Source: Octopus bimaculoides (taxonomy: Eukaryota). From it: a stretch of DNA of 64,000 nucleotides. Numbering within the stretch: the stretch's first letter is position 1; every line of letters begins with the position of its first letter. Shown piece by piece: positions 14,563 through 28,127 of this stretch. The notes under the pieces were generated by a model. The model worked only from the letters and a program-made list of their open reading frames with translations, was not told the origin of the DNA and ran no database searches. Location: the NCBI RefSeq assembly GCF_001194135.2, contig NC_068987.1:107906709-107970708 (forward strand). The letters run 5' to 3'. Both the position numbers and the translations under genes were made by a program.

Positions 14563-15149
14563 CTGTCTGTGTCTGTGTGTGTATGTTTCTTTGTATCGCT
14601 GTAGACTATTAATTTGTGTATCGAAACGGCAGCTCATTGTAAAACCTCTGACATTTCCATCTGGAATTCGAGGAAATCCATTACATAAACTAAACTACAC
14701 CCTTGGGAAAATGAAGCTTTTGGTTTATGTAAGAGAAATCGTCTTAATGCCTTTAGAATCCAGACTAGCATGCAACTAAATGGTTTAAGGTTACAGTGAA
14801 AGTGATATAATGCCTTGAATTTCTAATTAATGTACAGATTGTAGAAGTCTGCATCTGCCTCATTCCCATTTATGATATGTACGTCTTGACAGCAAAGTAG
14901 AGTTGCAGGGAAATACTTTACTGATTTCGCCTCTTAAAGAATGTAAATGCGAATCTTTGAAACAAACCATGTATATGTTATTTATTATAATGGTAGACTA
15001 AATAGGAAACCAATGATTTATACTTTCTTATGTTTCATAATGGTCTATGGAAGAATCGTTGTACTTGATTCCGAGCAGATGTGCGAGAATCTCAGCGGTA
15101 GTTTCTTCAAATGTTTGAGAGAAGTAACAGTGATGCACCAAAGCTGGAG

Positions 15150-15600
15150 TGAATTTTAATGCTTATATCCTTGTTGTGCCGGCGTTCTCGCCATAGACTT
15201 TGGATCGATGCAAAAAGGTTACAAATCGAATTGAGAGATTTTTAGTGGTAACAGATAGTTTCAGGGGCGATTCGTTTAGTTTAGATGACCTACTCTGTTA
15301 GCTTTACGTATACAAAACAAACTTGATAGCCGCCTTCTTCACAGAGAACTATTGCAATTGGCAGTAAAACGGCTGGGTTACCTCAATAGACAACGGATGT
15401 TTCGTCGCCAGCAAAATGGCCAACTAATAAAAGCGTTTGGAATAATGCTCTCCATCATTCAAGAACATCATCTGGCAATCACTGGAGATGTTGAGTAGTG
15501 TTCTTTTCGAACTGCGATGTGTCAGACCGTAATGTAAACCGGGATCGATCAGCATCCTTTTAAAGGAAAATTGTACGGTGAGAGGAACATAATCAAGTTG
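15150..15600 (+). mobile_element. Possible highly decayed mariner transposase fragment
   Basis: FRGDSFSLDD resembles FRSGDFSLED, and LAITGDVE* resembles RIVTGDEKW. They occur in the expected order. Confidence 0.35.
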
Positions 15601-16100
15601 GGTGAGAAGATGGTTTGCCAGCTATGTAACAGAAGGAAAATATTTCTCTCACTAGGGAGAGACATTTATATCGATCGCCCACGGGTGTCGTGTCGGTGAA
15701 TCAAGATGCATGGCTTAAGATCAACTGAATCAACGAACCAGTTTTCCTCACATGTCTATATAATATTTAGTCCTCACATGTATATATAATATTTAGTCAG
15801 AAGGTAAGGAGAAGGTGTCTTCGAAGGAATTTGAACCCAGGATGCAAAGAGTCGAATCCAACAAGGCATGTATTCAGATACTGTGACTCTTTTGCCAGAG
15901 AAATTTCTTTTAACCTTTCGAGGCAGCTTAGTTACAATTTTCTGTTAAACAATAAGTTTTAATTTCCCAGGATTGGGAAAGATGATTCCCCTTCAAGGGT
16001 TTAATTTCCTATTACATGATAAGGAAATACTTATTCCATTATCGCTTTTCTTTTCACAATCGAGGATACTCTAGAACACAGAGGAGAGCTAAACACAATA

Positions 16101-16319
16101 CATTCTTTTCTACTGTAGGCACAAGTCCCGAAATTTTGGGGGAGGTTTCAGCTGATTAGATCGACCCCAGTACGCAACTGATACCTAATTTATCGACCTC
16201 GAAAGGATGAAAGGCAAAGTCGACCTCAGTGGAATTTGAACTCAGAACGTAGAGACTGACGAAATATTGCTAAGCATTTCACTCGGCTTGCTAACGTTTC
16301 TGCCAGCTCGCCGCCTATG
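16101..16319 (-). mobile_element. SINE family A, full length, with a 9-bp TSD
   Basis: tRNA-like head GGCGGCGAGCTGGCAGAAACGTTAGC and central TTTCATCCTTTCGAGGTCGATAAATTA domain. TSD AACACAATA at 16092-16100 and 16320-16328. Confidence 0.9.
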
Positions 16320-16469
16320 AACACAATATATTAACAGATTTTTATCAATGATGTAGACAACGTCGTTAAAGTTTGCAAACCATTCTTATCTAACTCTCTT
16401 GAAAAGTTAGGTCAACAGATATTCACCCAGCTCAATACAGTGTCCATATTGCACATTCTATATAATGAA

Positions 16470-16852
16470 GTGTGTGTGTGTGTGGGTGTGTGTGTGTGTG
16501 TGAGTGTGTGTGTGTGCGCGCGTCCCTTTGTGCATGTGTGTGCGTGGTTTATGTGTTTGCATGTGTGTGTTTATTTGTGCGTGTGAGTGTGTGTGTAATT
16601 GTGCGGTGTGTGCTTATATATGTTTGTGTGCGCATTTGTGTGTGCGCAATTGGGTGTGTGTGTGCGCTTGCGTGTGTCTGTGTTTGTGCGGCTGTGTGTG
16701 TGTGCATGTGAGTGTGTATGTAATTGTGTGTTATTTGTTCGTTTGTGTTTGTGTGCGCGTTTGTGTGCGTGCGTTCGAGCGCTTATGTGTGTGTGTGTTT
16801 ATGTGTGCATGTGAGTGTGTATGTAATTGCGTGTTGTGTGTTTGTGTGTTTG
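16470..16852. repeat. Cryptic (GT)n-derived minisatellite
   Basis: Recurring GCATGTGAGTGTGTATGTAATTG sub-units within a degenerate GT array. Confidence 0.85.
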
Positions 16853-18020
16853 TAGGATCCTACAAGATTATGTATAAATGGGATGTGAATATCGGCAAAG
16901 GCTGCGGGTAGCATTGTGAACTAACTTCTAACTGAATATTGAAATATAAAATGATGGAGAGGACACATATGTCTTTGAATATACCACTACCCAATGACAT
17001 GTTGCAGATCCATTTGTCAGATATCCGACTACGTCAGTGTCGTAATTCTGACACACCCATGCTAAGTTATATTATTTTGGTTTAAGTCTCGCTATCTTCG
17101 ATATATCTCAAAACTTTTGTTAATATATTCGATCTCCAATATGTTCAGTCGAGAGTCGTTGGATAGCACGCTACACCCTCCTGTTCTGGAATATATCGCA
17201 CCAATTAGAATGCTTCACATAACTGAGTGTTATTTGGTGTATGTGATGTATTCACAACTGCATGCAAACGTAAACACATATATATATGTATATTCGTCAG
17301 CATGTATGTATGTATGTATGTATACATGCATGTTTCTGTGCCCATGTTTGGCTCGTTTATATCTTCCCTCTATCTCTGCAGAATCTTTTGGTATTTTCGA
17401 GAACATTGCAAATTACATATTCTCTTATACTTGTCTGAATCATGTGATCTATGAGATTGGGAAAAAACATTTTTTAACCAGGGGAATAAATCTGATTCAT
17501 TCCAAATAGAATGATTTACTGAATTCAATGTGTATTTTTTCCCTATTATCAAGAAATGAAAGTATTCATACCTTGGACCTCTAAATTAAAAATATCACCA
17601 CATGTACTTTTCTGATAAACAATATATTCTTACTTCACAATGACTCTATATCATTCAGTGGAGAGATGTTTTTTTTTTCCTTCTAGTGCCTGACATGCAA
17701 CTACTTTTTTGGTTTTTCAGTTGCCCCTTTTGTTTTCTCTTGCTAATTCTCCAATTAAGCTTACATAAAATGAATTGAATAATACTTAATGAAATATTGT
17801 AAATGCCACAGAAGTAGAAGATTTACTTTGTTTTTGTTTTAATAGAAAAAGCGCTTTAATGTGTTTTCAACACTTCGAAATTTTTATTGGAAACATCGCT
17901 ACATTTTACGATCAATCTCTTCATTTTTCTCCCTAGAGCAAACTACCAGAGATTGGCCAACGTTGCATTAAGATAACGTTGTATGTCACTCATATTATAT
18001 TTCACGTATTTAAATTCTAT

Positions 18021-18993
18021 TCATTGTCAATTAAGGTGCCTCAAAAATGTTATATGCGCAAAGACAAACCGCAGTTGCCATGATGATTTGCACGTGTTTG
18101 CATACAGGATAATTTCGAAGAGATTTTAATGATCTTCTCAATCTGCGAGAGCCTTTAATTATAGAAATAATACTCCGGCAATTCACACGAAATAGTGGCG
18201 GGATCACGGAAAACACGAAATAGCACTTTTGAGTTTAGCCTTGCCAATTAAATTCGCACAGCTGGCACATTAAAATACATGTTAGGCGATTCTACCCTAG
18301 ATGACACTAAACCGAATATTTAATGTTACGGGGCGAAAATAATCTGAGAAATGTGGAAAATATAAGTGAAGGAATCAAATGTCAGATAAAACTGATAATA
18401 TAACGTTTAATATGTCAAACTTTGAGCATTAGAAATAGCAATGGGTTATCTAAGGTGAATCAAAACTGTTTCTGTAATTGATAATGGAACCCATATTATT
18501 GCACACAAGCTCTTCTTTCTTTCTGTCTTTCTGTCTTTCTGTCTTTCTTTCTTTCTTTCTTTCTCTTTCTGTGTATGCATATATACACGTACATACATAC
18601 ATACATACATACATACATACATACATAGAGAAAGACAGACAATCACACATATGTAAGCAAGGACAAACATTTGTAAGCAAGGGATGAACACTTTTCTATT
18701 ACAAGAATTTACAAAGGATTCACTTGAATAGAGTCTTGCGAATATTGTTATATTATTCATAATATATGCTACTATTGATTCTTAAGATGACATTGCAAGA
18801 AAATGTGCCGAATTCGACTCATCAGAATTATGTATAAAATTCATAGAGTCTTCTTGTGAATGCTATATACTTGTTTCCCAACAATTCTTTCATCATTGTC
18901 AATTAAGGTGCCTCAAAAATGTTATATGCGCAAAGAGAAACCGCAGTTGCCATGATGATTTGCACGTGTGTGCATACAGGATAATTTCGAAGA
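18021..18993 (+). repeat. 101-bp direct repeat pair (18021-18121 and 18893-18993)
   Basis: TCATTGTCAATTAAGGTGCC...GGATAATTTCGAAGA occurs twice with 2 mismatches, offset 872 bp. Confidence 0.95.
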
Positions 18994-19812
18994 TGATTTT
19001 CCTACTGTGGTAGCTGACATACTATTACGGTACAAATGTATTTCTTTTCTTACAGCAATTAAAACGTCACTTAATGTGTACTTTTCTGACCAATGCAATA
19101 TGTTATCTTATCGCAATCTCGTTTTTATTTTTGTTTGTTTTATTTTCAGAAAAGAAAACTATCTTAACCTGCTTTATACAGATTCTGCAGCACAATTTGT
19201 AACACATAGCAAGTGTAGACTCATACATGTTCTTGAGTATAATAGAATGAATTAACTGACACTGGTAAACGATTTCCTACTGATGCAGAGCTAGAAGCAT
19301 AGAGCTGCAAATAAATTTATTCATATTTATTCAACATATCAACATGTATGTAGTAAATATATTTAAAGTGTCCTCTTCTACGACAATAAATTACCAGTGA
19401 TTCATTAACGTCCTATTCAATGAAGACTTTATCTGATAAACATCTTAAATCATAAAGATTGTTTCTGCTGTCCATTGCGTAACGACGTTTAGGAAATTGA
19501 GAAGCATTATATGAGGCAAAGACAGAAATGTAGTGACAATGACAGCATGCAAAATGTTTGCACGTGTGAGAACTTTGATGAAATTTTAATGAACTAGATA
19601 GTTTGTGAGAATCTTTGATGATAAAATCATGTGATATTTAACTAAAACTTATTGATGGAATCAAAGAAAGCATTAAATAGGTTTTATTCTTTATAGTGTG
19701 CCGATTAGCGAATTTTTAGTTGTTTAATTAAAGACCATCCTACGATTTTAGTGTAGATCTAGATGATAGCAACCTGAATCTCCCATGTTTCCGGATAAAA
19801 AATAATGGAAAA

Positions 19813-20025
19813 TTAACCCTTAATCATTTTAATTACTCTATAAAATGGATGCATATACATTCACATTGTTTTGAATTAATTATGCTTTATCTTATAGCTT
19901 CAAGATTGATAGATTTCATAATGATATCCTAGAGTAGGTGTGCGAGATAGGATTCAGTCAGCTTGAACATAAAACTGGTAGAATATCTTGACCAGATATG
20001 GCTGGTTTAATTACAGAAGAGCTAA
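19813..20025. mobile_element. Possible TTAA-flanked MITE (piggyBac-type termini), degenerate
   Basis: Begins TTAACCCTT and ends GAAGAGCTAA, a degenerate AAGGGTTAA. The body resembles a repeat I recall from octopus genomes. Confidence 0.35.
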
Positions 20026-20566
20026 ACACTTGTTTAAATCGGACAAAGGACTTCAGTCTTCAGTCCTTTCTGTTGATAAAATTCATATGATAATATTTAT
20101 TAATTACCCATTTGGTGTTTCACAAACGGCAGAATGGTGGCTATGCTCCCATACAAATGTATGAGATATATAGTGGTGAATGCAATATAATAAAATTTAA
20201 TTTATATGAATATATATATATATATATATATATANNNNNNNNNNNNNNNNNNNNNNNNNNNNNNNNNNNNNNNNNNNNNNNNNNNNNNNNNNNNNNNNNN
20301 NNNNNNNNNNNNNNNNNNNNNNNNNNNNNNNNNNNNNNNNNNNNNNNNNNNNNNNNNNNNNNNNNNNNNNNNNNNNNNNNNNNNNNNNNNNNNNNNNNNN
20401 NNNNNNNNNNNNNNNNNNNNNNNNNNNNNNNNNNNNNNNNNNNNNNNNNNNNNNNNNNNNNNNNNNNNNNNNNNNNNNNNNNNNNNNNNNNNNNNNNNNN
20501 NNNNNNNNNNNNNNNNNNNNNNNNNNNNNNNNNNNNNNNNNNNNNNNNNNNNNNNNNNNNNNNNNN

Positions 20567-20838
20567 ATTAGCAAGTCCTTATATTTACTGATCTTGTCAA
20601 ATTCTTTCGCTGCTATATTATGATCAGAGGGAATACTCATGTCAATTAATAAACACGTCTTCTTTGTCTGATCTTTTATAATAATATCCGGTTTATTAGC
20701 TTTTATAGTCGTGTCAGTATGTACGGGGAAGTCCCAGAGAATCGATACATTTTCTCCCTCAGTCACAGCTTCAGGATGGTGTTTATACCATTTCTCAGCG
20801 GTTTTGATTTTATAATGCTGACATATTGTCCAGTGTAA
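20567..20838 (-). mobile_element. 5'-truncated R4/Dong-type non-LTR retrotransposon, restriction-like endonuclease (RLE) domain
   Basis: About 90 stop-free codons, LHWTICQHYKIKTAEKWYKHHPEAVTEGENVSILWDFPVHTDTTIKANKPDIIIKDQTKKTCLLIDMSIPSDHNIAAKEFDKISKYKDLL, with the PD..D RLE motif. The 3' end lies in a gap. Confidence 0.85.
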
Positions 20839-20870
<32 letters not shown>

Positions 20871-20887
20871 CATTATTATTATTATTA

Positions 20888-20945
<58 letters not shown>

Positions 20946-20965
20946 TATTATTATTATTATTATTA
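20839..20965. repeat. (ATT/TAA)n microsatellite
   Basis: Directly visible. Confidence 0.97.
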
Positions 20966-21214
20966 TATACGCAAATGTCGAACGATGAAATGTACGCTCA
21001 TCATCGCATTATTGGATATATAATTTCTTTATTTGTGCAAGAGAATATATATATATATATAATGATGTGTTTGTGTTTGTGCGAGCGCGCAAAAGGAACT
21101 GTCAATAGAGTGAGTTTGGTTTCGAAAGAGGTACTGTGCTTTCGTTAAATGATCGTTTCACACTACCCATTTGTACATCCACCACGTAATAGCAGGGCCA
21201 CGGAGTGTGCTACT

Positions 21215-21305
21215 TCAGCGCCCTGGCTGGTGCTCGTTTTTTTACTGAACAGACTGGAACAAACGACGATTGAACTGTTTTATTCAATGACAGAACAAGC
21301 CACTG
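21215..21305 (-). mobile_element. Degenerate CORE-like SINE fragment
   Basis: CTGGTGCTCG...ACTGAACAGACTGGAACAAACG...TTATTCAATGACAGAAC resembles the reverse complement of the CORE-like block at 8330-8380. Confidence 0.4.
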
Positions 21306-21984
21306 CTCTTACCAAGTTCACCCATGATTCTACAATCATGATAACGAACCCACAAAATACTAGATTATGCGCTTTGTCCCCCTGCTCGTGTATATATTTT
21401 TATTATCTTCTGATGTTTTAAGAAAATTCTTTGGTGTGTCCCTGTAAAGAAGCAGTTGGTTTCTAACAAAGATACAAAACTCTATCGTTAGAAAGTTAGT
21501 AACAAAAGCAATGGAACTATGCGTATGGGAAAACGTCTGTATACTTTTACTGTTGTACTGTCGGATACAGTTTGCAGTATGCTTGTTTGCTGCTCGATGT
21601 GTATCTTTTTTAAAAGCCTACTTTTTACAGTTTGCCACTTAGGCAAAACCAAGTCGAGCAATTATAACTGGCATGCATGTGAATATATAATTTGCGTATA
21701 GACATTGAATGTTCCGAGGAAGTTGTCCGTAGTTACCCACCTTCTCCAATGTTTTTATGTATATATTTATGCATGTTTCTATGTATGCTTGTATGTATTG
21801 GGTGTGTGCTCCTTCGTGAGTATAATCAGTTTCTGCACAGTTTACCAAATTCAGTAGATTTTTATTTTACTATCAAAGGGACATGTTATTATACTGGAAA
21901 GTCCATGCATGTGAGTTGGGACCAGAAATGCGTTTCTTTTCCAATATCACTGTTATTATCTTTAGTCGGAAAATTCTTGTACGT

Positions 21985-22366
21985 TGTTGGCACTCCGTCG
22001 CTTACGACGTCGAGGGTTCCAGTTGATCCGATCAACAGAACAGCCTGCTCGTGAAATTAACGTGCAAGTGGCTGAGTACTCCGCAGATACGTGTACCCTT
22101 AACGTAGTTCTTGGGAATATTCAGTGTGACACAGTGTGACAAGGCTGACCCTTTGAATTACAGGCACAACAGAAACAGGAAGTAAGAGCGAGAGAAAGTT
22201 GTGATGAAAGAGTACAGCAGGTTTCGCCACCATCCCCTGCCGGAGCCTCGTGGAGCTTTAGGTGTTTTCGTTCAATAAACACTCACAACGCCCGGTCTGG
22301 GAATCGAAACCGTGATCCTATGACCGCGAGTACACTGCCCTAACCACTGGGCCATTGCGCCTCCAC
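21985..22366 (-). mobile_element. SINE family C, full length, with a 10-bp TSD
   Basis: Near-identical in reverse to 31526-31910. Head GGAGGCGCAATGGCCCAGTGGTTAGGGCAG. TSD TCTTGTACGT at 21975-21984 and 22367-22376. Confidence 0.92.
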
Positions 22367-22772
22367 TCTTGTACGTAAGCCAGAGTTATATAGAGTAGGT
22401 TAATTAGCGCTTAAGAATTTTTTGCAAACGATGCAGAGCCAGAGTTGATTGAGTTTAAATTCATTGCATACCCTTCGAAGTGTTGAGAAGACGTATTCCA
22501 ATTAATGCTTGGGTAGTTTAGGTTTCAAAATAAGTTAATTTTAGATACGGTCTCTGGGAATATAAATGAAATATATATTTTTGTAATTAAATTATGAAAT
22601 ATGTGTGTTTTGTGTCAGTGTAAGATAGAGCGTGAATTTGCTTGTGTGAGATTTTGAATACATATCAATTTGGTTCTACATAAATCACTATTTTCAAATA
22701 ACTGTATCCCAGCATTTCTTAATCTCTTCTCTTATCTCTCACTTTCGGTTTCTCCCCCTCTCTCTCTCTCTC

Positions 22773-22869
<97 letters not shown>

Positions 22870-22954
22870 CTGCATATATATGTTTATATAATTGATACCA
22901 ACATATATATATATATGCACATATATACGTATATGTGTGTGTGTGTGTGTGTGT

Positions 22955-23400
22955 AATCCCATGAGATTACAATTTAGGGATTAGGAGGACATAATTCGTG
23001 GCGCGTGGTGGAGTCAAAATTCTCTGTCAACCAATTCTGATTCTTTCCATTAGTATGGAAAACAACCGAATACTGTTGCTACACACATGGCCTTCCAACT
23101 CTAACCCCCTCCAGCCTGGAGTTGACCAAATTTCCAGCAAGTTCACATTAATGCATTAATGGATTCATAACGCTATGTTGAAGGATATTTCATAGTATGA
23201 TGTCACCCTCACTTGCAACACATCCAAAGTCCATCACAGTTTAGGGGAACTTGATTTTCATGATTTCTATCCTTTACAGAGTCCACAGTGAATTGAGCAG
23301 CAGTTATGATGTAAACGATTTGAATTTGCAACCCAGTTATACAGGTAACTCTTTACCAATATTCAGATGGCTTCCTGTTCGGTATGTCAGTTAACTTTCG
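22955..23400 (-). mobile_element. DD37D (maT-type) transposase relic
   Basis: MKIKFP*TVMDFGCVASEGDI...GRPCV*QQYS...NQNWLTENFD...CPPNP matches KTKFPATVMVFGxVSSEGDVMPP...GRPYVWQQDSAP...WPPNSPD. Confidence 0.75.
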
Positions 23401-24182
23401 TCGAACTACCACTTAAATATTTATGCTCCCAAACACCATTGACTGTTCACGAAAAAAGAGATAATGAATCGTCAAATTTAGCCCTAACAGAACTGTATAT
23501 ATANNNNNNNNNNNNNNNNNNNNNNNNNNNNNNNNNNNNNNNNNNNNNNNNNNNNNNNNNNNNNNNNNNNNNNNNNNNNNNNNNNNNNNNNNNNNNNNNN
23601 NNNNNNNNNNNNNNNNNNNNNNNNNNNNNNNNNNNNNNNNNNNNNNNNNNNNNNNNNNNNNNNNNNNNNNNNNNNNNNNNNNNNNNNNNNNNNNNNNNNN
23701 NNNNNNNNNNNNNNNNNNNNNNNNNNNNNNNNNNNNNNNNNNNNNNNNNNNNNNNNNNNNNNNNNNNNNNNNNNNNNNNNNNNNNNNNNNNNNNNNNNNN
23801 NNNNNNNNNNNNNNNNNNNNNNNNNNNNNNNNNNNNNNNNNNNNNNNNNNNNNNNNNNNNNNNNNNNNNNNNNNNNNNNNNNNNNNNNNNNNNNNNNNNN
23901 NNNNNNNNNNNNNNNNNNNNNNNNNNNNNNNNNNNNNNNNNNNNNNNNNNNNNNNNNNNNNNNNNNNNNNNNNNNNNNNNNNNNNNNNNNNNNNCAACAT
24001 ATATATATCTATATATAAATATATACATCGAAATACACAGCTGCATACGCACAGACAATCTACGTATATAGGCCTATATTTACAAGGCACAGATATATAC
24101 ATAAGTACAAATCTACACGCATATAAGTTTGCGCGTGGAAAACCTATGCACTGGTAATGAAAATTGTATGTTACTCCGGTCC

Positions 24183-24220
<38 letters not shown>

Positions 24221-25060
24221 CAATATGTATGCATGTATATATGTTTGTATATATGTATGTATATATGTATGTATATATGTATGTATGTAGGTATGTATAT
24301 ACGTATGTATGTATGTATGTATGTTCGGGTGTACGGATGAATGGTCACACGAATGAATGAAACACTCAACACATTAGATTAATTCTACTATTATTCAAAA
24401 AAAAACAGTTTGATTCAATCCCATGCAGCTTAAAACTTCTGAGGCGCGATAAAGAAACACAACTTGGCAGACTCGGGCGGCCTGGGGTGATGCTTATGAC
24501 CTGTTCCGATAACAAGGCTACGTAACTTTGATGCCATTAACATTCTACATGGAGGGGTGATTTATTCGCTCCTGATCCCTGACCCTTGTACGGTTTTGAA
24601 ATGTTCATTTCGGTTATAGATATTTTTTGGAGGCAACACACCATTCCTGTGGTTTTCGAGTGCGGATACACATTCAACCTAAGCAAAACTTATAAACCTA
24701 ATTCGTTATTGAATTCAATCTTACATGTGCATCGCTGTGGCGTACCATCATATAGTTCTTACTCTATTTATATATAGTCATAAGCAGGCGATTCGATTCA
24801 GGTGCGTGATGATGATAACCAACAAAAATAGCGAAACGTCGGTATGCATCGCTCCTGTATTTTATCGGAGATTAGTTGACTCACATGTCTCTGACTCTGA
24901 GTTATTTCAACGGCCAGAGTCATGAGTGAGTTGTTCTCCAAGAGCTATACGGCAAAGACAAGGAGACATCGATTCAATTTGTGCGGTCGATAATGTTTAA
25001 ACAACTCAATGTTTTAATACTCTATTGCCAACAGAAAAACCCGGTGGAAATGTTTAGCTT

Positions 25061-25477
25061 AATAACCCTTTCTACTGGAGGTACAAGGCTTCAAATTTCA
25101 TAGGAGCAGATTAGTCGATTAGATCAACCCCAGTGTCTCACTGGTGCTTAATTTACCGACCCCTAAAGGATGAAAGGCAAAGTTGACCTCGACGGAATTT
25201 GAACTCATAACGTATCGATAGGCGTCCAGCGTACTACCTATTCTTATTTCTTTATTGCCCACAAAGGGCTAAACATAGAGGGTACAAACAAGGGCAGACA
25301 AAGGGATTAAGTCGATTACATCGACCCCAGTGCGTAACTGGTACTTAATTTATCGACCCCGAAAGGATGAAAGGCAAAGTCGACCTCGGCGGAATTTGAA
25401 CTCAGAACGTAACGGCAGACGAAATACCGCTAAGCATTTCGCCCAGCGCGCTAACGATTCTGCCAGCTCACCGCCTT
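25061..25477 (-). mobile_element. Two tandem SINE family A copies: long-tail 25241-25477 and short-tail 25061-25235
   Basis: Two consecutive ATCGACCCC...GAAAGGCAAAG(T/C)CGACCTC...GAATTTGAACTC blocks with different 3' tails. Confidence 0.88.
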
Positions 25478-25919
25478 ACGCCTAGCTTCCTAACAAAGAT
25501 GACTCCAATTATGTCTTACTTTCTCATAGGCGTAGCACTGATTCACTGGCGACTACGTTTTGTTATACACTCGCAAGTAAATTTCCCGCAAAAAGAAAAT
25601 AGATTTGCATTCTTCATATTTCTAATGAATAGCACTCGTGTATACAAACACACGATCACGCACGAGCGCAGGTAAACAGCGAATGCAGAAAAGAACAATG
25701 AAAAGAAGAGAGGACGAATTCACGATCGAAATTTTCACTTTTATACTCATTTCAACAGAAAATATTAATTATGATGAATCCGATTTTTTATTTATGATAT
25801 TAGAACGTTGAAGACTAGAAAGGAGGAAGATGAATGAACCCGAATAAGCTAAAACAGACGATGAGGGAGGAAATACTGACCGGTAACATACACACCTACA
25901 CGCACGCACACTCACAAAC

Positions 25920-25951
<32 letters not shown>

Positions 25952-26137
25952 GCATACACACACACACACACACGCACAATTTTGATTGTATCTATTAAAG
26001 AAGAAGCCGAGGAAAATGGTAGCGTCATCTGCAGTAAAACATTACAGGAAATTGACATCACAACTTTGGCAGTTCAAATTCACGGAGATTCGCGGAGATA
26101 TCAGTCCACACGCTATCACGTTAAGGTTATGTATGTT

Positions 26138-26172
<35 letters not shown>

Positions 26173-26175
26173 AAT

Positions 26176-26232
26176 TCTTTTCTATTCTAGGCACAGGGCC
26201 CGACGTGCTAACGTTTCTCGCAGCTTGCCGCC
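26176..26232 (-). mobile_element. Collapsed SINE family A with only the two termini retained
   Basis: TTCTATTCTAGGCACAGGGCCCG is joined directly to ACGTGCTAACGTTTCTCGCAGCTTGCCGCC. Confidence 0.75.
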
Positions 26233-26340
26233 TCTATATACAGTCAATTAAAAAAAGACAAAGAGAAAGTGAAAAAGAAAAAAAAAGCAAACGAACGTAT
26301 TGGCTAACACAAGCAATGAATTAATAAGACGCTCAGAGAA

Positions 26341-26414
<74 letters not shown>

Positions 26415-27176
26415 CACACATACATACTCACTCAGGCATTCAACTGAGTTTACAAAAGAAACAATGTAGCACTCAATAGCTTGATAGGAGTTACTGATAT
26501 TTTTGGCGACAGTTTCATTGAGATGCACATATCGAGATGTTTCGAGGTTGAATAGGACAGATCCGTCTCGTCACATGTTAGAAGCATACTCTACTCTTAG
26601 CAGCTGAAGAAATGGCCATGTTCTCCGGGATAATGTTGGTGTATCTATATGGATAATTTTAGAATGTATTCGATCATATATCTACTGGATGTATCTGACA
26701 TAGGCTTAAACGAAAACAGCAACACCAATAACAGTCCTCTTACTGGTTGGAATTAGAAGGGATACTAATATTGTAACTGTTATATGCCACGGCAATATCG
26801 GTTTACTATAACAGGGCTTCGAGTGATAGCATATACATGGTCGTATGGCATGAAAGAAAACATGATTCAAATTGCATTCTATCATTTTAGAATGAAGCGG
26901 AACTAAATATTAACGCGTGTAGACCTAGCTCACAATACGCTAAAAAATACATGATAATAACTAGGACGCCATGTGTCTCCTATCTTTGTCTTAATTAATT
27001 ACTCCAGTAATTAATCTGTCAGATAATTAGTGAATTACATAAGATTTTGTTTGTGTTTTTAATATAATTTCAAATACGTAGTATTGCTTTCTTTTTATTT
27101 CTGTTTGTCTATCTGTCTGTCCCTCTGTCTGTCTCTCTCTCTCTCCCTCCTCTCTCTCTCACTCTCTCTCTCTCCC

Positions 27177-27241
<65 letters not shown>

Positions 27242-27316
27242 CCCTCTCTCTGGTTGTAGATTTGGAAGAATCGTCCATTGAAACAATTATATATTGTTTT
27301 AATATACCTATGTTGT

Positions 27317-27472
27317 TAAAGACAGTGAGTTGGCAGAATTGTTAGCGCAAAATGCTTTGCGATATATCGTCCGTCTTTACGTTCTGAGTTCAATTTCCGT
27401 CTTTGCCATTTCATCTGTTGGGGATCAATAGAATAAATACCATCTGAATACTAGAGTCAATGTAATCAACTA
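27317..27472 (+). mobile_element. SINE family A, degenerate
   Basis: GACAGTGAGTTGGCAGAATTGTTAGC...GTTCTGAGTTCAA...TTTCATCTGTTGGGGATCAATA. Confidence 0.75.
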
Positions 27473-27920
27473 TTGACACTGATAAGTCGATTTTATTACT
27501 GAGAGAGATAGAATATTTTTACATGCCAGTTGGAATATTTATATTCAACGATCAAATAAGTTGTCTACAGTTTGGATTTCAAAGGATTGTTGCAGTCACA
27601 ATTTAAACCCACTTTTATTGGACTTTTTCATGTATCCTGTTCTGCGACAGAAAGACGGAAAATAAGAAACGGTCTCTAGTAATTTTTTTGTTCCTGAAGA
27701 CAAATTCCTTGGCAACTGTAAACAAGGCTCACTAAACGGGGACAAAATATCACGTTCTTCAGGAAGTTTCACGGGAACAGTATTTTATCCGGTCTCTGAA
27801 ATGGTACACTGAATTGTCATCCGATGCTGGAACCTAAGTGATCCACATATCTCTCCCCCTTTTCTTATTCTCTTGTAAGAAAAATCAAATACTAAAATTA
27901 TTACTAAATTTAATATGGTT

Positions 27921-28127
27921 TCAAATTTAGACACAAGACCAGAAATTTTGTGGGGGTGGATATAATCTATTCATCGACCCCAGTGATCAAATGGCACTTA
28001 TCCTTTCGATGCCAAAAGAATAAAAGGCAATCCGCATCAGCAGAATTTGAACTAAGAACGTAATGCGCCGGAAGAACTGTTGCTAAACAGTTTGTCCGGT
28101 CCGATAATGATTCTGCCAGCTCGCCAC
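27921..28127 (-). mobile_element. SINE family A, degenerate
   Basis: ACACAAGACCAGAAATTTTGTGGGG...ATCGACCCCAG...GAATTTGAACT...TTCTGCCAGCTCGCC. Confidence 0.8.

Noticed and set aside
24806-24842. TGATGA...GAAACGTC hammerhead-like string
   Set aside because: The core C-U is missing, stem II does not pair and there is no PLE context.
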